64,000 nt of DNA, taken from positions 2,356,001-2,420,000 of the forward strand of contig CATNEN010000024.1 in the NCBI GenBank assembly GCA_950097015.1, in the 5' to 3' direction. Source of the stretch: Macrostomum hystrix (taxonomy: Eukaryota; Animalia; Platyhelminthes). Made by a program: the position numbers and the translations under genes. The notes beneath the pieces are model-generated. The model had not been told where the DNA came from, made no database searches, and worked only from the letters and a program-made list of their open reading frames with translations. Positions 47,883-60,015 of this stretch are shown piece after piece; position 1 is the stretch's first letter, and every line of letters starts with the position of its first letter.

Positions 47883-48515
47883 TGATGTAGACCGAATCTT
47901 TTTAAGTTGAAAAACCGCGATTTTGTTTTAATTCGTGTAAAATACGTAAATTTGTTTTAATCTGAAAATAATTTGTTTAAATGTACCGTAATTATTTTGT
48001 TTAAAACGATAAAATTTTGGTATAAATACAGGAGCAAAAGTGAGAAAGAAATTAACCTTGTTCAACACAGTTGACAACAAAGTTCGTATAACATACTCAG
48101 AATCGTGTTCTTTCATTCTTTTAAAACATACGGAGACAAATACCAAGAAAGATTCAAGAGAAAGAAAGAAATAGAAAGTATTGCTGTACACTTGAGATCA
48201 TTGGTAACGCTCTTCGGAAAGCCTATACTCAGAAATACATCCATGCGATAATTAATCGGCCAGAATAACTAAATACGCTACCTTAGACTAACTAAAGACG
48301 ATATTCAGAATAACTAAATACGCTACCAAGAAATTCTTTTGGACATATAGAATACATTCTCAGAAATTAATTCTAAGAAACATTACCAGTAAAGAATACA
48401 ACAACATTGTGAGAGTTAGAATAATAATTAGCCCTACAACAACTTTGGTAACAGCGGTGAAATTGGCATTATTGGAAATAGAGTTTAGTAAGAACATAGA
48501 AAGAGGCCTGCAACA
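47883..48515 (+). repeat. 3' LTR (633 bp)
   Basis: Direct repeat of 38450-39082. Confidence 0.95.
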
Positions 48516-49643
48516 TAAGCATAGAGATAGAGACCTAGACCTATGTTGATTATTTTTTGACAGCTAGGCCTAATTATAATTCTGCAAAAAAGTAGCTTAC
48601 AAATTTGTTTTTGGAATAAGCCTAAGTTAGGCCCTATCCATATGTTAATTGCTATCGCTATGCAATTTGGAATAAGAAAAATTTACCTATGCAATTGACA
48701 CTAGGCCTTGCTTCCCTCCATTACACAACTAGGTTGCATCAGATCTAATCTGAACTAGTTAAGCCTACAGCTAGTTGTTTCACCAATGCTAACTAGTTGT
48801 AAGTTGTAACCTAAGGTTTTTATACCTTATATAGCTATGTAGCTTTGTCTTACTGTTTACCAAATAGGCCTATCCAATATTGTAACTTGTAACCCAGAGA
48901 CCATAGGCCTTTATACAATTATAACTTGATCTTACAGTGATTTACAGCTGTTCTAACCTCTAAGCTTCATATTTTTCATTTTTGATTAAAATTTTTGATG
49001 TTTTTGGCTTAGGCCTATATAATATACCAACATTTATAATTAGGCTAGTATTACCTTTCATGCGGTTTTATGTTTCTTTTTTCTTTCTCTTAAAGGCAAA
49101 ACACTTCGGTAATCTTGCAGTTTTAAATGTTTTACAAATTAAGGGTTTTTAGTTTGTAAACTTTTTTCAAAAAATTAAGTAGCTAGCAGGCAACCATTAA
49201 TAAGTTGAGGTCTAACAATTCAAGTTTTTTTGATAATATCAAACTCAAGCTTGAGTAAAAACTTGCTTTCATTTAATTGATATTCTAAACTAGAAAGTAG
49301 GCCTAATGTAACTTAGAACAGGTTGCAAAGTCTTTTGTGTTGAAAATCTGATGCATAGAAATTATTTTATGTTTGAATGGCATTAATGCTTTTGTGAGTT
49401 ATTAGTTATTAGCATTTGAGTTCTGATTGGTGTCCTTGGTCAAATATTGTTAACAATGAATGGTAGTTAGTGGATAGTTGCATTCTAATCAGCTGTTAGG
49501 ACAGCTAGATTGTAGATTATAGGCCTAGGCTCCATTTTGTGTGGGACATGTCATCTGCCAGTAGAACAATTGTCATAGGTGTAGGTGGTTGCCTAACTAT
49601 TAAGTTTAATTCAGAAGCAAGGGTTTTTTATTACTTGTAAACT

Positions 49644-49935
49644 CATACATGTGCAACCTCCCAAATCTTAGCCGGCCATGCAACTTAGTTTTTGCTCTAT
49701 TTACGACTTAGTTTGCTCTCAGTTGCGATTTAGTTCATTTTATTGCTCTATTTACAACTTAGTTTGCTCTTATTTGCTCTATTTTTCTCTCCCCTTTTCC
49801 TCTTCTTCATGCCTTCCTTTTTTGTCCCTTGGTCCCTCCTTTGATTTTTTTGTGCTTGGTTGATTGGTTTTTGTGACTTACCTTGCTTGGCCCTAGTTTC
49901 ACCCAGCCAGGTTGGCCGGGTGTTGCGCATGTATG
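49644..49935 (+). mobile_element. MITE with 8-bp TSD (tgtaaact), copy 2
   Basis: Ends catacatgtgcaac...gttgcgcatgtatg; identical flanks at 49636-49643 and 49936-49943. Confidence 0.85.
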
Positions 49936-50839
49936 TGTAAACTTCTAGTCTTGACCACTATCATATAGATAGTCTATAGGCCGGAAGAATTCTACAAAGC
50001 TAATAAAATGACAATCTGATATGGTAGTAACTTTTGTGCTACCATACCATATCAGTATCTGTGTGAGTTTTACTGTGTGAAACTGCAAGCAGCCCCTTTT
50101 CTCATGGTAGTTTTTTTATTCTCAGCTATTAAATTTCAGGAGCTAAATTCTACCTATGGGTTTATGTTAAAAATATTATCATTGTTTTGTGTTTTTTTTT
50201 AAGTTAGTTTCTTCTATGCTAAAGCTAGCTGTTTTTGTAGTTCAAATAAACATTTTGCAATTTATATCATTTTCAGCTAGTAGCAATTGCTTCTCCATAC
50301 TAAATATATAGCTTAGCATTATGATGGATCCACACATGGCTTCAGTTGTTTCAGTTACAAAATTTAAGTCACTCAGTCTACTTTCCAGTCACTTTAAGTT
50401 TTATAGCTAGCATAGCAAACATTTGAACTAAAATCTCAGTTTATGTTTTTTGATGCTCTGTTTGCACCACTTTTTTTCTGCTGTTTGATGCTAGCAAGGA
50501 AATTAGTTTCTTTTCCTCATGCTATCTTATCTTATCAATGATAGCTGTAATAACTGTTATTATAATTAGTAATATTGTTTTTTACTTACAAAAGTGCTGT
50601 TAATTATATATATATATATGAAGACTCTATGGAGCTAATAGAGAGCCACAACAAATTCATAGCAACATCTTCACTAATTGCAGGGTACCTCATCCTGGCT
50701 ACTATATATAAGTAGCTAGAAATAGACGCCTTGTGCATATCATTTGCTTACTTAAACTATAGTGTTTGAAACCAGCTGCCAGCCTCATTGAGTAGTTACA
50801 TTGTGACTAGCCTCACCTGCGCACCGCATCCTCAGTCTA

Positions 50840-53800
50840 ATGCAACCTTACTTGAGCACTAGCCAGTCCAATGGCACTTGTGCTAACCCTCTAGGTGTCA
50901 GTTCGGGTATCAATGCTATGGATGAGCAGCAGATGGACCTGCTATTGAGTGTCATCAATGATCAGCAGCAGCAGCCGCAGGCGCCACAAGCCCCAGGTGC
51001 CCAGGTGACAAGTCCACCCCATCAACAGCAACAGCACCTTATGCAACAACATCAGGCACAACAGCCTGTTAGCAACGCAAACTTGACTGGGTTATTGCAA
51101 CAAATTCTTCTTCAACAACAACAGCAGCAGCAGCAGCAGCAGCCCTCTCTGTCACTGCAGCCGGCTGCAGCAAATCAGCAGCTGACTTATGCATGCGGCA
51201 GCGGTTCCGCTGACCTTGGAAATCTTCTACAATCTCTTGCTAGCCAGACTGCCCAAATGCAGTCCGTTATTTTGGCATTGTTAAAGCAGCAGCAGCAACA
51301 GCAACAGCAGCAACAACAACAACAGCATCAGCAGCAGCAGCAGCAGGTACACTTGCTGCAACAACAGCAGCACCTTCAGCAACGCCTCATTCCAGCCAGC
51401 GCCAATGACAGCTTCTTAAAGGCGCTAATTGCCGAGCTTGAGGTGAAAGCGGAGCCTCCTGAGCAGGCTCAGCACGCGTCCCCGACTGCTGCGGCGGCTG
51501 TGGTTTCAGCTCCACTAGCTGCGAGCTCCACCCTGCGCTCTATTCTGACTGACTCTTCGACTGTTGCAGCGGCGCGCTATGCGCAACCGGCTTTGAATCT
51601 CTGGCAGCAGCAGCAACCGGACCAGCACATGCAGCAGCAGCAGCAGCAGCAGCAGCTTCAACAAGTGGATCAACTGATGCCATCAGTGTCTAGAGATGGT
51701 TAGATTTAAATTTTTCATAATGCAATGTTAAGTAATTATTACTCGTAGTTTGTTCTAATGCAGTTAATTCACTTCTTTCCTCCTAACTCCAGCTTCCTTG
51801 TCGCAGTGCCTGGTGGCATCTGTCAGCGCGCCTGCTGCTGCAGTGTCTACCATGTCAGCAGCGCCAACGTCCGCTCCGGACGGCGTCGCCGGCGGTGCTA
51901 GCGGTGCAACTGGCGGCAGTTACAAGTACAAGCGAGCTCGCGTCTCTGACAACGCTATCTCGTCGTCGTCTTCGCCGGCCAGCTCGTCCTGCCCGTCGCC
52001 GGCCCGCAGTCGGTCTCCGATTAACGTCGTTGATTCGGACACCCAGCTCTCCAGCATTCGACGCGATTGCAGCGACTTGTTCATCGGAGGCGGCGGCGGC
52101 TCGGCCTCGGATGATGAGCCCGGTGGCATGCTCTCTGGGGACGCGTCTAACAGTATGAGATCCGAATTGCTCAAGCGGCGCGGCTCCGCTGCGGCGGCGG
52201 CTGCGGCAGCCGGTTTCAGCGGCCAGGACAGGCCGACATCCACTATGCACGACTTTGGCAGCGTGTCCAGGTGTGTATAATCATTGCCGAGACAATCGTC
52301 TGTTTTAATCTTTTTCTTACTTTTCTTTTCGGTTTTTTTTTACAGTCATATGGGGGGATTCATTCATTAGTGAAGAGCGGAAAATTATAGACTTGCTTGA
52401 CAAATACGCTCGTATTAGGAATTATTTACAGCCTGGTGGGATGATTTACAGACTGAGTGGGATAGCTGACAGATTGAGTGGGATAGCTGACAGATTGAGT
52501 GGGATAGCTGACAGATTGAGTGGGATAGCTGACAGATTGAGTGGGATAGCTGACAGATTAAGTGGGATAGCTGACAGATTGAGTGGGATAGCTGACAGAT
52601 TAAGTGGGATAGCTGACAGATTAAGTGGGATAGCTGACAGATTGAGTGGGATAGCTGACAGTCTGACTTAAACGTCACGGCATCCCAGATGTGAATAGCT
52701 AGACGGTACGATGGGGCATTTCTCGCTTCGGCTGTAGTGATTCTTACATTAGTGTATTGTTTATTTGGTTGCAATAGTCTGATCTATTTTTTAGCTGTGT
52801 GGAAACTTAGCAGACAATACGAGGTGGAAAAATTTGCCCGAAACTAGTCATAAACAAGTGTAATCTTTAATCTAGGCGCCCGACTAGACAGCTGTAGTTG
52901 TTGTTGTGACCGCAGCTTTAATAAGCCTATTTTTGTTTTTTTATTCGTGTGGGGTTCATTTGCTTGTTAAAACCTCTTGTTTTGAATCTAATTTAACCAA
53001 ACATTTCCATTAGATGATTGTAGAAATCAGAGTCCGAATATGATATGACCGACCTTTGACCTTCATTTGCCCTTGGGAACCGCTTCAGCTGCAGATCTGA
53101 CGATGTGACATCGTCTCCAGCTTCGGTGCACACGCACTTATCTAGCGCCGGCGGCGAAGCTTCTTCGTCCAGCTTCGATCGCCGTCGACCAGCTAAGCCG
53201 AGCCTATTCAACTGCTATCCGCGCAAGCACGGCCCTTTTGAGTTGCTGATTGTGTCACAACCTGAGCAGCATCATCGGGCTCGCTACATGACTGAGGGCT
53301 CGCGAGGCTCCGTCAAAGACAGATCTCTGCAGGGCTATCCGACTGTACAGGTTAGCCACTTTGGATGGCTCTGATCCTCCGATCACATTAGATCCTCAGG
53401 TCAGGCCGTCACTCTCCCAGATTCCATCACTCAGATCCTCAGGCCGTCACTCTCCCAGATTCCCTCACTCAGATCCTCAGGCCGTCACTCTCCCAGATTC
53501 CCTCACTCGGATCCTCAGGCCGTCACTCTCCCAGATTCCATCACTCAGATCCTAAGGCCGTCACTCTCCCATATTCCCTCACTCAGATCCTCAGGCCGTC
53601 ACTCTCCCAGATTCCCTCACTCAGATCCTCAGGCCGTCACTCTCCCAGATTCCCTCACTCAGATCCTCAGGCCGTCACTCTCCCAGATTCCCTCACTCAG
53701 ATCCTCAGGCCGTCACTCTCCCAGATTCCATCACTCAGATCCTCAGGCCGTCACTCTCCCAGATTCCCTCACTCGGATCCTCAGGCCGTCACTCTCCCAG

Positions 53801-56800
53801 ATTCCATCACTCAGATCCTCAGGCCGTCACTCTCCCAGATTCCCTCACTCAGATCCTCAGGCCGTCACTCTCCCATATTCCCTCACTCAGATCCTCAGGC
53901 CGTCACTCTCCCATATTCCCTCACTCAGATCCTCAGGCCGTCACTCTCCCAGATTCCATCACTCAGATCCTAAGGCCGTCACTCTCCCATATTCCCTCAC
54001 TCAGATCCTCAGGCCGTCACTCTCCCAGATTCCCTCACTCAGATCCTCAGGCCGTCACTCTCCCATATTCCCTCACTCAGATCCTCAGGCCGTCACTCTC
54101 CCAGATTCCCTCACTGAGAGCTTCAAGGCAAGCGTCATTCTCCCAATCTCTAAAGTAGTTTAGTGTCAAAATGCAGTTTTCCAAACGAAAATTTTCTCAG
54201 CAGTCTTATTTATTATCAAATGATTGGCCTTTTGCCTCTGCCACAATTCTAAAAATTCATATTTAAGTAGGCCAGGTTCTATTAGCGCACGTTAATACCT
54301 GTTTACTATGCTGCATATGCCTGTTGGTGAGCCCTACCCTAGATTTACCCCTTGTGCGCACACTGAATGTGCAATGCCTATGTTGTGTGTCCTAATCAGC
54401 TTGTCACGTCCAGGTTGCGTGTCATTTAACACGCACACACTCACTCACAATTCAAATTTAACCTTATTAGATTGCTCTTCGTTGGGTCAAAGTGACAATT
54501 TTAAACACAGATAAAAGTCGGTCGCGACCGTTAATTTAGTTTCTTTGTTGCGACCCGCAATATATGAATAAACTATAATATCTACATTGGAATAGCCGTG
54601 TTCTGCAGTAGCGCAGTTTATCAAGCGACTCGTTTAGTTTTCGGATTGGCTTAGTACAAGAGTACTATTAAATAAGCTTTGATCATGGTGAAATTATGTT
54701 ACAAAACATATCAAAGTACAGATGCATTGTCCTATGCGTACAACATCGTGTACAGTTGGTTATTATATCGCTTCACTAGTTAGAGCAAATTGTCCTCCGA
54801 ACTATTCCTACTCAACTTGAAACAGAACTCAGAATTATTGTGAGATGTGCGTGAGCAAAGATTAATATAACTCGCGCTTCTTAACCAAAGGCTATAGAAA
54901 GAAAAATAAAAAAACTATTTTTGAAGAATAGAAAGTAGCTGCTAGGCAGAAGGAATGAGTTTGCGCTGTGCTTGCTAGCAAGTCAGCTGTCTGTTATATC
55001 ATGTCTTATATTCCAAGCCTATGGGTTAACGCAAAAAGGCTACAATTAATGGCTAAGTCTTAGACACAGGGCACAAAGGGACATCAAAGCTACTAAGTGC
55101 AGCTTTGATATGTTACAAAAAATCTCTAATGCGTGTGCCCTGTTAGATATCAGATTTTCGTGTCCAGTCCCTCCCTTAACCTGCAATACATCTATTTTCA
55201 TATCAATATAAATTTCATCATTTTGATTCTTTCAGCCTACTTAAAGTAGATTAGAATCTCACAGAATTTTTTATATAAGAGTACAAAAATCTGGCTTACC
55301 TTTATCAGACAGCTTACCTGATTAGATTTCCTTGCAGCTGCGAGCCACAAGGGAGATAAGAAAGCAGCTGATAAAGGGCCCTTAGCAATCAAAACACCAT
55401 CCTCAGGCCCCTTTAGGTTTTGCTAGGCCTGCCTGCCTGTACTTCGTGCTGGCGTCTTTCAGGCTGTACTCTGAACCCTCCCAGATCCTCAGGTTGTACT
55501 CTGAATCCTCCCAGATCCTCAGGTTGTACTCTGAACCCTCCCAGATCCTCAGGTTGTACTCTGAACCATCCCAGATCCTCAAGTTGTACTCTGAACCCTC
55601 CCAGATCCTCAGGTTGTACTCTGAATCCTCCCAGATCCACAGGTTGTAATCTGAATCCTCCCAGATCCTCAGGTTGTACTCTGAATCCTCCCAGATCCAC
55701 AGGTTGTATTCTGAACCCTCCCAGATCCTCAGGTTGTACTCTGAATCTTCCCAGATCCACAGGTTGTATTCTGAACCCTCCCAGATCCTCAGGTTGTACT
55801 CTGAACCCTCCCAGATCCTCAGGTTGTACTCTGAATCCTCCCAGATCCACAGGTTGTAATCTGAATCCTCCCAGATCCTCAGGTTGTACTCTGAATCCTC
55901 CCAGATCCACAGGTTGTATTCTGAACCCTCCCAGATCCTCAGGTTGTACTCTGAATCTTCCCAGATCCACAGGTTGTAATCTGAATCCTCCCAGATCCTC
56001 AGGTTGTACTCTGAACCCTCCCAGATCCTCAAGTTGTACTCTGAACCATCCCAGATCCTCAAGTTGTACTCTGAACCCTCCCAGATCCTCAGGTTGTACT
56101 CTGAATCCTCCCAGATCCACAGGTTGTATTCTGAACCCTCCCAGATCCTCAGGTTGTACTCTGAATCCTCCCAGATCCACAGGTTGTAATCTGAATCCTC
56201 CCAGATCCTCAGGTTGTACTCTGAATCCTCCCAGATCCACAGGTTGTATTCTGAACCCTTCCAGATCCTCAGGTTGTATTCTGAACCCTCCCAGATCCTC
56301 AGGTTGTACTCTGAATCCTCCCAGATCCACAGGTTGTACTCTGAATCCTCCCAGATCCACAGGTTGTAATCTGAATCCTCCCAGATCCACAGGTTGTACT
56401 CTGAATCCTCCCAGATCCACAGGTTGTATTCTGAACCCTTCCAGATCCTCAGGTTGTATTCTGAACCCTCCCAGATCCTCAGGTTGTACTCTGAATCCTC
56501 CCAGATCCACAGGTTGTACTCTGAATCCTCCCAGATCCACAGGTTGTACTCTGAACCCTCCCAGATCCTCAGGTTGTACTCTGAACCATCCCAGATCCTC
56601 AAGTTGTACTCTGAACCCTCCCAGATCCTCAAGTTGTACTCTGAACCCTCCCAGATCCTCAGGTTGTACTCTGAATCCTCCCAGATCCACAGGTTGTAAT
56701 CTGAATCCTCCCAGATCCTCAGGTTGTACTCTGAATCCTCCCAGATCCACAGGTTGTATTCTGAACCCTCCCAGATCCTCAGGTTGTACTCTGAATCTTC

Positions 56801-59800
56801 CCAGATCCACAGGTTGTACTCTGAACCATCCCAGATCCTCAAGTTGTACTCTGAACCCTCCCAGATCCTCAGGTTGTACTCTGAATCCTCCCAGATCCAC
56901 AGGTTGTAATCTGAATCCTCCCAGATCCTCAGGTTGTACTCTGAATCCTCCCAGATCCACAGGTTGTATTCTGAACCCTCCCAGATCCTCAGGTTGTACT
57001 CTGAATCTTCCCAGATCCACAGGTTGTATTCTGAACCCTCCCAGATCCTCAGGTTGTACTCTGAACCCTCCCAGATCCTCAGGTTGTACTCTGAATCCTC
57101 CCAGATCCACAGGTTGTAATCTGAATCCTCCCAGATCCTCAGGTTGTACTCTGAATCCTCCCAGATCCACAGGTTGTATTCTGAACCCTCCCAGATCCTC
57201 AGGTTGTACTCTGAATCTTCCCAGATCCACAGGTTGTAATCTGAATCCTCCCAGATCCTCAGGTTGTACTCTGAACCCTCCCAGATCCTCAAGTTGTACT
57301 CTGAACCATCCCAGATCCTCAAGTTGTACTCTGAACCCTCCCAGATCCTCAGGTTGTACTCTGAATCCTCCCAGATCCACAGGTTGTATTCTGAACCCTC
57401 CCAGATCCTCAGGTTGTACTCTGAATCCTCCCAGATCCACAGGTTGTAATCTGAATCCTCCCAGATCCTCAGGTTGTACTCTGAATCCTCCCAGATCCAC
57501 AGGTTGTATTCTGAACCCTTCCAGATCCTCAGGTTGTATTCTGAACCCTCCCAGATCCTCAGGTTGTACTCTGAATCCTCCCAGATCCACAGGTTGTACT
57601 CTGAATCCTCCCAGATCCACAGGTTGTAATCTGAATCCTCCCAGATCCACAGGTTGTACTCTGAATCCTCCCAGATCCACAGGTTGTATTCTGAACCCTT
57701 CCAGATCCTCAGGTTGTATTCTGAACCCTCCCAGATCCTCAGGTTGTACTCTGAATCCTCCCAGATCCACAGGTTGTACTCTGAATCCTCCCAGATCCAC
57801 AGGTTGTACTCTGAACCCTCCCAGATCCTCAGGTTGTACTCTGAACCATCCCAGATCCTCAAGTTGTACTCTGAACCCTCCCAGATCCTCAAGTTGTACT
57901 CTGAACCCTCCCAGATCCTCAGGTTGTACTCTGAATCCTCCCAGATCCACAGGTTGTAATCTGAATCCTCCCAGATCCTCAGGTTGTACTCTGAATCCTC
58001 CCAGATCCACAGGTTGTATTCTGAACCCTCCCAGATCCTCAGGTTGTACTCTGAATCTTCCCAGATCCACAGGTTGTATTCTGAACCCTCCCAGATCCTC
58101 AGGTTGTACTCTGAATCCTCCCAGATCCACAGGTTGTACTCTGAATCCTCCCAGATCCACAGGTTGTACTCTGAATCCTCCCAGATCCACAGGTTGTAAT
58201 CTGAATCCTCCCAGATCCTCAGGTTGTACTCTGAACCCTCCCAGATCCTCAAGTTGTACTCTGAACCATCCCAGATCCTCAAGTTGTACTCTGAACCCTC
58301 CCAGATCCTCAGGTTGTACTCTGAATCCTCCCAGATCCACAGGTTGTATTCTGAACCCTCCCAGATCCTCAGGTTGTACTCTGAATCCTCCCAGATCCAC
58401 AGGTTGTATTCTGAACCCTCCCAGATCCTCAGGTTGTACTCTGAATCCTCCCAGATCCACAGGTTGTAATCTGAATCCTCCCAGATCCTCAGGTTGTACT
58501 CTGAATCCTCCCAGATCCACAGGTTGTATTCTGAACCCTTCCAGATCCTCAGGTTGTATTCTGAACCCTCCCAGATCCTCAGGTTGTACTCTGAATCCTC
58601 CCAGATCCACAGGTTGTAATCTGAATCCTCCCAGATCCACAGGTTGTACTCTGAATCCTCCCAGATCCACAGGTTGTACTCTGAATCCTCCCAGATCCAC
58701 AGGTTGTAATCTGAATCCTCCCAGATCCACAGGTTGTACTCTGAATCCTCCCAGATCCACAGGTTGTACTCTGAATCCTCCCAGATCCACAGGTTGTAAT
58801 CTGAATCCTCCCAGATCCACAGGTTGTACTCTGAATCCTCCCAGATCCACAGGTTGTACTCTGAATCCTCCCAGATCCACAGGTTGTATTCTGAATCCTC
58901 CCAGATCCACAGGTTGTAATCTGAATCCTCCCAGATCCACAGGTTGTACTCTGAATCCTCCCAGATCCACAGGTTGTACTCTGAACACTCCCAGATCCTC
59001 AGGTTGGAGTCTTAACCCTCCCAGATCCTCAGGTTGTACTCTGAACCCTCCCAGATCCACAGGTTGTACTCTGAATCCTCCCAGGTCCACAGGTTGTACT
59101 CTGAATCCTCCCAGATCCACAGGTTGTAATCTGAATCCTCCCAGATCCACAGGTTGTACTCTGAATCCTCCCAGATCCACAGGTTGTACTCTGAATCCTC
59201 CCAGATCCACAGGTTGTATTCTGAACCCTCCCAGATCCTCAGGTTGTACTCTGAATCCTCCCAGATCCACAGGTTGTAATCTGAATCCTCCCAGATCCAC
59301 AGGTTGTACTCTGAATCCTCCCAGATCCACAGGTTGTACTCTGAACACTCCCAGATCCACAGGTTGTAATCTGAATCCTCCCAGATCCTCAGGTTGTACT
59401 ATGCACCCTCCCAGATCCTCATTTGATGATGTGCCTGCTCTGTGAGGCTAACAGTTTCTATTAACATATTTTCCGTATTACAAGTGTAATAATTGCTACT
59501 CATTATGTAATGTATGTCGTGTACAATGGCTAATCTATAATTCCCCAAAATTCCGCAGCTAATCGGCTGGTCGCAGCCAGCCACCCTGTCAATATTCGTA
59601 GGCACGGATGTTGGCCGTGTGAAGCCGCACGGTTATTACCAGGCCTGCAAGGTGTCCGGCAAATCTACCACCTGCGAGGCTATCGAGACCGAACAGGAGG
59701 GCACGCGGGTGCTGGAGGTGCCGTTTGATGCGCAGAAGAACATGATTCTTAAGTGAGTGCTTTCTTGTGCTTGAATCAAATCCATCAATCAATGTTAATT

Positions 59801-59970
59801 CAAGGTGGGCTGTGAGCACTGGCTTAGACCCTGCAATTCTCCCCATTCCGCTGAGCTCACGCAGATAACTTAAGACAGCACAGCCGCAGCTATTGCGAGG
59901 CGCATCTGAAGGCTGCGTACGGCTGTTCAGTCCATGGACTGGGGGCTTGCCTTGTATAACATGGCATTGA

Positions 59971-60015
<45 letters not shown>

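Larger units (their letters stand above)
38450..48515 (+). mobile_element. Full-length Ty3/Gypsy LTR retrotransposon with 4-bp TSD (taag)
   Basis: TG...CA LTRs, TSD at 38446-38449 and 48516-48519, PBS, gag, PR-RT-RH-INT order, purine tract at ~47868-47877. Confidence 0.97.

Noticed and set aside
55403-59445. ORFs of 959-1341 aa on both strands
   Set aside because: Consequence of an indel-free 30-bp monomer. The flanking NFAT5 exons join contiguously (GYPTVQ|LIGWSQP) without it.
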